Assembly (NCBI GenBank): GCA_028820635.1
Contig: JAPPIG010000108.1
Location: 113,733 to 177,732 of the forward strand
Source: Candidatus Poribacteria bacterium
GTDB lineage: Bacteria; Poribacteria; WGA-4E; WGA-3G
Reading direction: 5' to 3'
Length of the DNA: 64,000 nt
Both the position numbers and the translations under genes were made by a program. The notes beneath the pieces are model-generated. The model was not told the origin of the DNA and did no database searches. It worked only from the letters and a program-made list of their open reading frames with translations. Shown one piece after another: positions 1 through 8,348 of this stretch (its first letter is position 1; every line of letters starts with the position of its first letter).

Positions 1-838
1 TTGCACCTGCCGTTACAACGAACTTGTCGCGTGCTTTGTCGTAATCACCGAGTAGATATTGTCCACCGCTCATGTGACTGAAAAATAGGAGCATGTGTCG
101 ATCACCGATGGGCCAGAAATAGGGGCATGCGCCGTCATCACCGACTAATGTGTATTGATCATTTTCAACAAAGGGATGTAGGTAGACCCAGTTTGCCAAG
201 TCTGCTGAACGGAGCAGGAAGTTGGCGCGAACCGGTTTACCACCGGGACCGTGCGGTAGCGTTCCACCCGATAGTGAATAATACATGTCATCTTTCTTCC
301 AGATACACGGATCGAAAACACGGTAGATAGGTGTTGTGCCATCTGCATGTCTTGAGGGAATCACTGCTTTGCCAGACACCTTTTCCCAATTCAGAAGGAG
401 CGGGTCGCTTGACACTGCTACCATGTTACCGACAACCGTCCCGTGATACATCGCAATCACGCGGTCTTCTTCCACGAAGGTTGAACCGGAGAAACAGCAG
501 CGTTCAGGGTTCGGATAAATCGCGTAGGGCAAATCGCGCCAATGGATGAGGTCATCACTAACGGCGTGTCCCCAATGCTGACGTGTATCTTCTGGTGGAT
601 ATGCCTGATAGAAAAGATGCCACCGTCCTTGCCAGAAGCAGAGACCATTTGGATCATTGAGCATCGCTTCTGGGTTGATGTAATGGTAGATGGGACGGTG
701 TGGGTCGCCTTCATAAGTTTTGCGATAATCGTTTAACCGCTGCATCAACGGATTAGTTTTTAACTGTTCTTCCTGTTCTTCCAACGTTTCCGCGAAGGTA
801 TAATGCGGTACTTTAGAGGTAAAATCTTCGTTTGCCAT
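1..838 (-). CDS. Glycoside hydrolase, GH32-like five-bladed beta-propeller family (clan GH-J), N-terminal about 279 aa. The 3' end runs off the window start.
   Basis: I translated the minus strand manually from the ATG at 838..836, which is preceded by a GGAGG-type Shine-Dalgarno site (plus strand 841-850 cttctcctct). The frame stays open to position 1. The protein contains YINPEAMLNDPNGLCFWQGRWHLFYQ, the WMNDPNG-type signature of GH32. The RDP-like and EC-like motifs are divergent (FDP and ACP). The gene is missing from the ORF track because it has no stop inside the window. Confidence 0.5.
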   Translation of the reverse strand, partial: MANEDFTSKVPHYTFAETLEEQEEQLKTNPLMQRLNDYRKTYEGDPHRPIYHYINPEAMLNDPNGLCFWQGRWHLFYQAYPPEDTRQHWGHAVSDDLIHWRDLPYAIYPNPERCCFSGSTFVEEDRVIAMYHGTVVGNMVAVSSDPLLLNWEKVSGKAVIPSRHADGTTPIYRVFDPCIWKKDDMYYSLSGGTLPHGPGGKPVRANFLLRSADLANWVYLHPFVENDQYTLVGDDGACPYFWPIGDRHMLLFFSHMSGGQYLLGDYDKARDKFVVTAGA

Positions 839-1287
839 AGCTTCTCCTCTGCGTAATGTCTGTGAGATATATAGTGCTTAACATAACATGGTATGCGTTG
901 CTTGTCCAGAAAATTGTTGCTTATACGGAAGGATTCAGGTTAAACAGAGAGGGTGTTTTCGGTGAGAAAAGTAGAGGAATTGGTTTTCTGATATGAGAAG
1001 ATGGGGTTTGGTTGTGAAGGAATGATTAAATCAAAATTTGGAATTGGCTTTCAAGATATGGTCTCTGCTGAATAAAATTTAACGATTTCTTCTCACAGTA
1101 TGTCAATTGGGACTTATTGGATAAGTTTATTCTTCGAATTCCAGCGAATAAAGAGTTGAGCAGATATGAACTATTTTTTCGTTTTCTATAGTTATAGTGA
1201 CATTTAGAATTATTGATACATTTTTGTTTTTGTTAGAATGTGTTTCCCATAGCATATTCACCAGATTTACGAAGCGCATTTTAGATT

Positions 1288-2080
1288 TTGTTAAAACTGG
1301 CGGGAAAATCTGAAACTTTCCGCCTGTTTACCGTTGCACGCTCAACTATTGATAGGTGGTTAGCAGCTGAGAACCCGTTTGCAATTAGAAAAACGGTACC
1401 TAAAAATATGAGAGTGATTGATGAGAAGGCACTCAGAAAACATGTTGCTGATTTCCCCGACTTGACCCAAAAAGAGCGTGCTGCCCATTTCAAAGTTTCA
1501 GAGTTTTGCATCGGTTATGGATTACGTAAACTCGGTATCACGCGAAAAAAGACACTCGGATATAAGCAACGCTGTGATGAAAAACGAGCAACCTATCGGC
1601 AAGAACTCACAGTGAAAGAAGCAGAAGACAAGTCTACTGTTTATTTGGATGAATGTGGTTTTTGTGCCGAAAGTTTCAGAACTTATGCGTATGCCCAAAA
1701 GGGGAACCGACCTTTGGCTTAATATCAAGCCAGAGAAACCGGAAAACCACAATGGTAGCTGCGCGTATAGATGATACTTTTACAGCATTCTCCTTGTTTG
1801 AGGGAAGCTGCAATGCAGAACGCTTCAACGCCTGGCTTAGAGATGAACTTTGTCCAAAACTCTCTTCAAAACATTTAGTCATAATGGACAACGCACGGAT
1901 ACATAAGACAGAACTTACGCGTCAACTCATAGAAACTTGTGGGCGGAGTTATTGTTTCTGCCTCCTTATTCACCTAACTATAATCCAATCGAACACTACT
2001 TTGCAAACATCAAACGCCTCCGTGATTATAAGGCTGATATACCACTAAATGAAGTTATAAAAATGTATCAAAATTTCTAA
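1288..2080 (+). mobile_element. IS630-family transposase, disrupted across at least two frames (ORFs 1288..1722 and 1653..2048); probable degraded IS copy.
   Basis: ORF1 carries an HTH N-terminus and YLDECGF, the first Asp of the DDE triad. ORF2 carries IMDNARIHK, the second Asp. The expected LPPYSPDYNPIEHYFANIKRL block is present only out of frame, downstream of 1950. Terminal inverted repeats were not confidently located. Confidence 0.7.
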
Positions 2081-2128
2081 AGTTTACTATAAATCTGGTA
2101 TTACTACAGTTTTTTATTACGATTTGTG

Positions 2129-2920
2129 CTATTCTGGTTCGGGGGTGGTTAGATCACCGCTCAAAATTGAGGGACACCAGAATTTCTCAATATACTGAAC
2201 GACTAACTGCGTTCCTTCTTCATGGCTCACATAGGGAGGCTTGAAAGGATTATACATTGCATCAGTTAAATCGCGAACTAATACAACGTTAAACCCCCAT
2301 CGTACCATCTGCTTAATAGCAAAGGAACGACCCAGCACACACATATTGGTATGCACACCCATAATAATAATGTTCTGAATTCCTTTGTGAGCGAGCAGGT
2401 TGTACACCTCTTGCCCGTTATCACTGATGGCATCAGCGTCATCAATTTCAATTGCTGGATGTTGACGGTACCATGCGCCATACATGTTTGTTTCACCTGT
2501 GTCTGAACCGCCATCGGATGCATCTACAGGCTGAGGTGGATCTGGCATTTCACGTTCCTGTGGAGGTTCTGCCTTCGGAATTTCAAGTATAGAAGTGCGT
2601 GCAGGATGGTCCTTATAAAAATCCATTGTATCAGAAGGCGCGTGGATTATCTGAACACCGCGTTGCCTTGCACGTTGTAGCACAATGTTCATTCTCGGTG
2701 CCATAATGTTGACGCGTTCGGTTGCCCCCCATGACCAGTGTTTATTCCACATATCAACGACAATGATAGCGGTTTCGTTTGGCTGCCAGTTGGTTTCCTC
2801 TTCAATAATTCGCCATCCATTTCTACCAGCAGTGCGCGCTTCCTGCCTTCGGATTGAAAGCGAAAGCGTTTCTTCGGAAGGTGTTGCAGAAAAAGCAGAA
2901 CGTGCTATATTAAATATCAT
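2129..2920 (-). CDS. Isochorismatase-family (cysteine hydrolase) protein
   Basis: The IIVVDMWNKHW block resembles the isochorismatase N-terminal Asp region, and GVHTNMCVLG matches the catalytic Cys motif. Length is 263 aa, and it is an intact ORF. Confidence 0.7.
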   Translation of the reverse strand: MIFNIARSAFSATPSEETLSLSIRRQEARTAGRNGWRIIEEETNWQPNETAIIVVDMWNKHWSWGATERVNIMAPRMNIVLQRARQRGVQIIHAPSDTMDFYKDHPARTSILEIPKAEPPQEREMPDPPQPVDASDGGSDTGETNMYGAWYRQHPAIEIDDADAISDNGQEVYNLLAHKGIQNIIIMGVHTNMCVLGRSFAIKQMVRWGFNVVLVRDLTDAMYNPFKPPYVSHEEGTQLVVQYIEKFWCPSILSGDLTTPEPE

Positions 2921-2947
2921 AATTAATACCTCCTATTGTTTAGTGGT

Positions 2948-3370
2948 TTACTCGCTAAGTTTTAGACATGTTTCCATCACAGAACCGTAGGGTCCTAACT
3001 TATATAGAGGTTGCTCTTGCGGTTGTTTTTTCCAATGGTAAGGGTGCTTATGTGCGTTCCACCAACACACCGCACTCTCAAGCGCATCTGTCAGTTCCTC
3101 TTGCGTCTCAAACCTTCGTCCTTTCAGTGCCAAAGACTTCAACTGTTTCCACCAAGGTTCTATCAAGTTCAACCAACACGCATATTTCGGGATAAACTGC
3201 ACCCAAATCTCCGGCCACGCCAATAACGCCGTCTTCACATCACGACTATGGTGAGTAGAAAGATTGTCTTCAATCAGAAGCCACTTCTCTGATGGAAACT
3301 TCTCTATGACTTTCTCAATAATATTTTTTCTCTGGTTTGGCCGCTTTCTATTAACTTGATGAGGACTGCC
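2948..3370 (-). pseudogene. C-terminal fragment of a second, different IS630/Tc1-mariner transposase
   Basis: The 96-aa ORF 2948..3238 ends with the typical IS630 C-terminus ([17 protein letters not shown]...). Extending the frame upstream gives ...[10 protein letters not shown], the DDE-region motif. The N-terminal half and HTH are missing. The sequence is not identical to the 1288 element. Confidence 0.6.
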
Positions 3371-3382
3371 CGGAATACCTCT

Positions 3383-3980
3383 TCAAACCAATCTTGTGAG
3401 TACTATTGCGATGAGAGTTAAAACAGGCAGTGCAGCTAATCCACCTGCCATTCCAAGCGGTCCAAGAACAGCCAATGATGATGTCATAGCAGCTGCACCA
3501 TACCAAGGTGAAGCTGCCATTAACATAATCAATACAAGACCGGAAACGCCCAATGCTGCAATTATTTCTATCACCTTGTCAATAGCAAGATTAACCCTGA
3601 CCTTAGAGACATTTCGCGCTTTTTACCCTGTTTGTTTCCAAGATTCCATATTTATATCAGAAAACATACCATGCATGGTGTTTCTCAAATCCGACCACCA
3701 CTCACCTATAGAACCGAAGACATCACGCATATCTGGCATCTGCTCTTTGATTATCTTTGTTATAGCCTCTTTCAGATTTTGGATTGTCTCCCAATTTCTC
3801 TTTTCCTACCGTGATGATAGTACGAACAGTCCTTTTTAACTCCCTAATAACTTGTTTCGGGTCCGGCATCCGATCTTTGTCAATGGAAGGAAACGTCTTT
3901 ATCAACTCCCGAAATGCGTTTTTTAGTTCTTGTCCTAATTCACCGCAGTGCGAACCAAGTTTTTCAAAACCTGCCGCCAC
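3383..3980 (-). pseudogene. Fragmented gene of unknown function (85-aa and 63-aa pieces in different frames); possibly a small membrane/stress protein disrupted by frameshifts
   Basis: ORFs 3723..3980 and 3383..3574 are adjacent on the same strand but in different frames. The distal piece is a glycine-zipper-like TM segment. No intact ORF spans the region, which lies next to IS630 remnants. Confidence 0.25.
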
Positions 3981-4085
3981 CTCATAGTATTTCTCCTTTG
4001 AATTAAAAATGGTTAAGGAGTTTACCTAAAATTATTCCATTGTAACTCTTATCGTCCCGGTACAGAAAAGAATAAGAATTGCTAT

Positions 4086-4877
4086 CTATTTAGTTGTAAG
4101 TGGTGTTTTGAGATGTCCCCAAACGGTAGCAAGTTTACCTACGGGATCAACGGCAAGATTTATCGGTTCGTCGCCTTCATAGACGAGTAAATCGTCTACG
4201 TAACCGGGGGCAGCAATAGAATACACATGGAAAACAACCCATTTGGCGACAGGATTTACGGCAGCATTCCGAAAAGGCAGCCCTTTCTTGCCTCTTGCTT
4301 TCAGTGCCTCGTTTCTGTCGTTACCTGCATAAAATTCAAATTCACTTTTGCTGACATCTGCGATGAGGCGAACGTATTTCCATTCATCCGTATCAAAGTC
4401 GTCAATAAGTTGCCATGCAGCACCATCGAAAAGGCGAGCAGTTTTGGCATCCCAATTGAGGTAAACTCCACCATTGTTTTGGGCAATATTATCAGCGGTT
4501 ACAACTTTGAAATTGAATGATCTGCCACCGCCTCCTATATATACCCAAAATTCAACTGATATGATGGGATTGTCAGTTTCTATAGCAATTCCAGTCCTAT
4601 CATCATTGGCACCCCCTAAAATAGCGAGAGCTTTCTTATCAGTTTTGGCTTTATCATTTGTCACCTCAAAACCATCCCCTCTCACTTCCCAATCTTTTGG
4701 TGGTTTTCCAAGCGTTTCTTTTTCAAATCCGGTTTGCACAAATACTTTTTGTGCTATAGCGGTTTGTCCTAAAGTGAGACTCAAGGTAAGCACGATAGCA
4801 AACATGAATCCCATCAAAAGCTTAGCAGTTCCTATTTCTACTGAATTGAGTCTAATGCGGAATCGGTTTCGATCCAT
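4086..4877 (-). CDS. Secreted protein of unknown function, paralog 1 of a tandem pair. Signal peptide present; a jelly-roll/LamG-like fold is suspected but unverified.
   Basis: 263 aa with an N-terminal hydrophobic signal (…TAIAQK). It is strongly similar along its whole length to the product of 5121..5906. Shared blocks include AQKV(F/L)VQTGFE, DWEVRG, ILGGANDDR, ISVEFWVYI, NIAQN-GGVYLNW and VVFHVYS. Confidence 0.65.
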   Translation of the reverse strand: MDRNRFRIRLNSVEIGTAKLLMGFMFAIVLTLSLTLGQTAIAQKVFVQTGFEKETLGKPPKDWEVRGDGFEVTNDKAKTDKKALAILGGANDDRTGIAIETDNPIISVEFWVYIGGGGRSFNFKVVTADNIAQNNGGVYLNWDAKTARLFDGAAWQLIDDFDTDEWKYVRLIADVSKSEFEFYAGNDRNEALKARGKKGLPFRNAAVNPVAKWVVFHVYSIAAPGYVDDLLVYEGDEPINLAVDPVGKLATVWGHLKTPLTTK

Positions 4878-4953
4878 TATTTTCTCCTTGATAACGTGTA
4901 CATGTAACTGCTATAGTAGTCTATCCAGTCTAAAATTGTAGGTATTAGCAATA

Positions 4954-5058
4954 GTCGGGAATCCAAATCAACGGTATGAATGCCATTTAGGCATTCCCCG
5001 GAGTTCCCTGCTACAAAGAGCAAACGGTCTTGGTAGGAGCGATCTCCGAATCGCGACC
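4954..5058. repeat. Interspersed inverted-repeat element (family IR-1: GTCGGGAATCGGAGTTCCCTCCTAC … GTAGGAGCGATCTCCGAATCGCGAC). This copy carries a nested hairpin insert.
   Basis: Related copies occur at 7321..7390 and 12063..12118. This copy has an internal aaatcaacggtatgaatgccatttaggcattcc insert that resembles the 36314 palindrome and part of the 32.3 kb REP cluster. Confidence 0.6.
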
Positions 5059-5120
5059 TATACCTATAAATTTTTCGTAGACAAAGCAATAGGTTACTAT
5101 CCGCAAAGGAAATCACTCTA

Positions 5121-5906
5121 TCAAAACGAGGAGTGTTTCTTGACATGCCCCCAGAATGTTGCCAGTTTTCCTTTTGGATCCACAGGCGTGAGGTTTGCTG
5201 GTTCTCTACCTTCGTAGATAAGTAAGTCATCTACGAAGCCTTGTGCGACTGTAGAGTAAACGTGAAAAACGACCCACTGCGCGACGGGATTTGTCGCAGC
5301 TTTCCGAAATGCGAGGTCCGTTTTGGGTTCAGCTGTCAGTGCGCCATCCCTGTCATTTCCCACGTAATAGTCAAATACACTATTCTCAACATTGGCAACA
5401 ATTCGGACGTATTTCCAAGTTTCAAACGGGAAGTCATCCACTGGGACCCAAGCGGAACCATTGTAAAGACGGGTCGCATTTTCATTCCAATTCAGATAGA
5501 CTCCACCATCGTTTTGTGCAATGTTGTCATCAGAAACAACTTTGAGATTGAAGGAACGACCAGCTCCCTTAATATATACCCAAAATTCAACAGAGATGAC
5601 AGGATTTTCAGTTTCTATGGCAACTCCAACTCTATCGTCATTCGCGCCACCTAAGATGCCAAGCGATTTATCACCGGTTTTGACAGTGTCGTCTGTTACT
5701 TGCATCTGATTACCTCGGACCTCCCAATCTGTTGGTGGTTCACCTAAAGTGAATTCCTCAAATCCGGTTTGCACTAAAACCTTTTGTGCAATTGCGGTTT
5801 GGACTGAAAAGAAGGTAAAGGTAAGTGCCACAACTAATATAAACGGTTGAATAAGATGTGTAATTCTCATTGATTGTGACTTGATGTCGTATAGGTTTTG
5901 GTTCAT
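5121..5906 (-). CDS. Secreted protein of unknown function, paralog 2 of the tandem pair
   Basis: 261 aa with signal peptide, roughly 55-60% identical to the 4086..4877 product. Confidence 0.65.
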   Translation of the reverse strand: MNQNLYDIKSQSMRITHLIQPFILVVALTFTFFSVQTAIAQKVLVQTGFEEFTLGEPPTDWEVRGNQMQVTDDTVKTGDKSLGILGGANDDRVGVAIETENPVISVEFWVYIKGAGRSFNLKVVSDDNIAQNDGGVYLNWNENATRLYNGSAWVPVDDFPFETWKYVRIVANVENSVFDYYVGNDRDGALTAEPKTDLAFRKAATNPVAQWVVFHVYSTVAQGFVDDLLIYEGREPANLTPVDPKGKLATFWGHVKKHSSF

Positions 5907-6120
5907 TATATTCTCCTTTATTGCGAGTTATGAAGGTTACTACCTTCTAATGTTTGATTGGATAAATTGAGCCGTAAAATTTTAAGTAAATTTTATAATT
6001 TACAATATACTTCTGAACAGGCAAGGTTAGGAACCTCGCCTACCGAGAAACGAAAGTGTCAAATTATTTGATGATCCACCATAATAATTGAAATCTAAAA
6101 TACAGTTGTATTGTTGATTA

Positions 6121-6903
6121 TTATGGCATCCAGATATTCCATTCACCTTTTTTCTGCCATGCGCGGCAATCATAGCACAGACACATATAACGGATAGCGA
6201 AGCGCGGGGAAGAATCAACATTTAATGTGTTGGCATGTGGTAACAGATGATGGAACAGAAGCACATCACCTTGTTTCGCAACAACTTCCATCGGTTCGCC
6301 TAAATCTATCTGTGGTAACAGTTGCAGCATAGACCGAACATGGCTTGAAGAATGCGGATTCTTTTTGCGGAACTCCCGAATCCTTTGTGGTCCTTCGGGC
6401 CATATCATCGTCGCTCCTTGATGGGAATTGGCATCGGTGAGATAGGTTAAACTTGATGCTCGAAAAGTGCCTGGGTCTAAACTTAAATCCCTTGAGTACC
6501 CATCAAGGTGAGGTGAAGGCGTATTCCACTCAGCAGAAATAGGAAATTGATTCATTGCCCAGATACTATCTGGATGTTGGCTTTTACAGTGTGGAATTGT
6601 CGGATATCTTTCGGCAAGTTGATTAAGGACGGTAAGATAATCTGGCGTGCAACACGCCAACACATCTGGATGCGTTAATCCGAAAAGTTCAATGCGCTTC
6701 TCATTCCACATCTTCTGTATGTAAAAGCCGGTGAGAAATGGGCGTTGGAAGTGTTCCCATGTGTCAGGATCGTCCGAGTCCATACCCATTGAATGCCACA
6801 TTGCTTGTTCCGCTTGGACGATAGTGTCTTTTGGGATCAAACCGGAAAGCAACAGATATCCTTCTTCTTCAAATTGATTTAGCTGCGCTGTTGAAAGCAT
6901 CAA
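6121..6903 (-). CDS. Phytanoyl-CoA dioxygenase (PhyH)-family Fe(II)/2OG oxygenase-like protein
   Basis: The N-terminus (LSTAQLNQFEEEGYLLL) is typical of the PhyH family. Length is 260 aa. Confidence 0.6.
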   Translation of the reverse strand: MMLSTAQLNQFEEEGYLLLSGLIPKDTIVQAEQAMWHSMGMDSDDPDTWEHFQRPFLTGFYIQKMWNEKRIELFGLTHPDVLACCTPDYLTVLNQLAERYPTIPHCKSQHPDSIWAMNQFPISAEWNTPSPHLDGYSRDLSLDPGTFRASSLTYLTDANSHQGATMIWPEGPQRIREFRKKNPHSSSHVRSMLQLLPQIDLGEPMEVVAKQGDVLLFHHLLPHANTLNVDSSPRFAIRYMCLCYDCRAWQKKGEWNIWMP

Positions 6904-6955
6904 ATGTCCCTTATTGTTTCAATACCAACAAAACATGAATGTAATAGTTAGAAGA

Positions 6956-7252
6956 CTAATGCGTTTTCACATATATCCACATCAAAAATATTCCCCAGAA
7001 AACAGCCAAGATCAAAAATGAGATGTTTGCAATAACCTTCGGTGGGTCGATATCAGACTTCTTCGCATTCACGAACATTTGTGAAAAGGCACTCCAGAAT
7101 ACTACGATTGCCCCCAATCCTAAAAGCCACAAAGAATGACTTTCTGCCATACTCGCAATTTGCAGAATCACTCCCACGCAAATTAGTATTGAACCTGCCA
7201 ACATTACTATGTCTACGATTTTTTTATTATCGCTCAGGAGGTTGAATTTCAT
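6956..7252 (-). CDS. Small membrane protein (98 aa, 3 predicted TM segments)
   Basis: Hydrophobic ORF with an ATG start. No recognisable family. Confidence 0.4.
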   Translation of the reverse strand: MKFNLLSDNKKIVDIVMLAGSILICVGVILQIASMAESHSLWLLGLGAIVVFWSAFSQMFVNAKKSDIDPPKVIANISFLILAVFWGIFLMWIYVKTH

Positions 7253-7320
7253 AGTAAACTCCCAATTTTGCTAATCTACCAGAACCATTCAATTCTCCAA
7301 TAATCGCATAGACTACATCT

Positions 7321-7390
7321 GTTTCTTCTTGTAGAAGCGATCTTCAAATCACGACAAAACACAATGATAGTCGGGAATCGGAGTTCCCTC
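7321..7390. repeat. IR-1 family interspersed element copy
   Basis: Contains gtagaagcgatcttcaaatcacgac … gtcgggaatcggagttccctcctac. Confidence 0.55.
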
Positions 7391-7415
7391 CTACAATACA
7401 ATTAAAAGGCTCTGG

Positions 7416-8243
7416 CTAATCTACTGAAAGTATTGACACATCAGAAGTGGGTTTAGGGAATTTCATGTCTAACCCCTCAAGCGTTTTAACAATGCGTTCT
7501 GTGATAACAAGATTCCGATACCATTTTTTATTTGCAGGTATAATATGCCACGGTGCCCAATCGGTACTACATTTTTGAAGGACTGCTTCATAAGCCTGCA
7601 TGTAATCATCCCAATAGGCGCGTTCGCGAATGTCTGCTTCGGTGATTTTCCAATGCTTTGATGGATCGCTGATTCGAGATTCAAGACGTTCTTTTTGTTC
7701 GTCTTTAGAAATGTGTAGGAAAAATTTCAGGACAACCGTACCGTTTTCAACAAGCATTTTTTCAAAATCGTTAATTTGCTGGTAACGTTGTTTCCAAACC
7801 GATTTCGGCACAAGATCATGTACGCGAACAACAAGTACATCCTCATAATGCGAACGGTTGAAAATCCCGATTTTTCCTTTCTGCGGAACGGCTCTGTGCG
7901 CGCGCCATAAAAAATCGCGAGAAATCTCATCTGCTGAAGGAACTTTAAAGCTAACGACATCACAACCCTGCACATTGATACCAGCCATCACCTTTCGGAT
8001 AGTGCCATCCTTGCCGCATGTATCCATGCCTTGCAGGATAATCAGAAGTGCATGTTGATTCTCTGCGTAAAGCAACTCCTGAAGTTTGAGCATCTGTTTA
8101 TTGAGTTTCTTTAAAGGCTTTTTCGTTTCACCTTTTTTTCGGTAAGCCCCTGTATATTCTGGGGTGTGTTCAAGGTCACAACCCTTTCCAACCCCGTTCA
8201 GACTAATGTTATCTCCGGGCTTAACAATAAAAGGTCGTTCCAT
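7416..8243 (-). CDS. ppk2: Polyphosphate kinase 2 (PPK2, single-domain class)
   Basis: Walker A motif GMDTCGKDG, plus the PPK2 blocks FNRSHYEDVLVVRVH and WYRNLVI. Length is 275 aa. Confidence 0.85.
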   Translation of the reverse strand: MERPFIVKPGDNISLNGVGKGCDLEHTPEYTGAYRKKGETKKPLKKLNKQMLKLQELLYAENQHALLIILQGMDTCGKDGTIRKVMAGINVQGCDVVSFKVPSADEISRDFLWRAHRAVPQKGKIGIFNRSHYEDVLVVRVHDLVPKSVWKQRYQQINDFEKMLVENGTVVLKFFLHISKDEQKERLESRISDPSKHWKITEADIRERAYWDDYMQAYEAVLQKCSTDWAPWHIIPANKKWYRNLVITERIVKTLEGLDMKFPKPTSDVSILSVD

Positions 8244-8348
8244 AGTCCTCCTCCATTATATCAATAACTCTGTCTGCCAAAATTATGTAGGGACAACCGG
8301 ATTCTCTCCGCATTGTCCCTACATAATGGTTTACGTGTCAGAATTTAC

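Noticed and set aside
900-1287. tRNA or other structured RNA in the large AT-rich intergenic regions (900-1287, 12014-12457, 18312-18551, 31853-32495)
   Set aside because: I found no cloverleaf-compatible segments or GGTTCGAATCC-type T-arm motifs by eye. I cannot exclude small ncRNAs without covariance-model searches.
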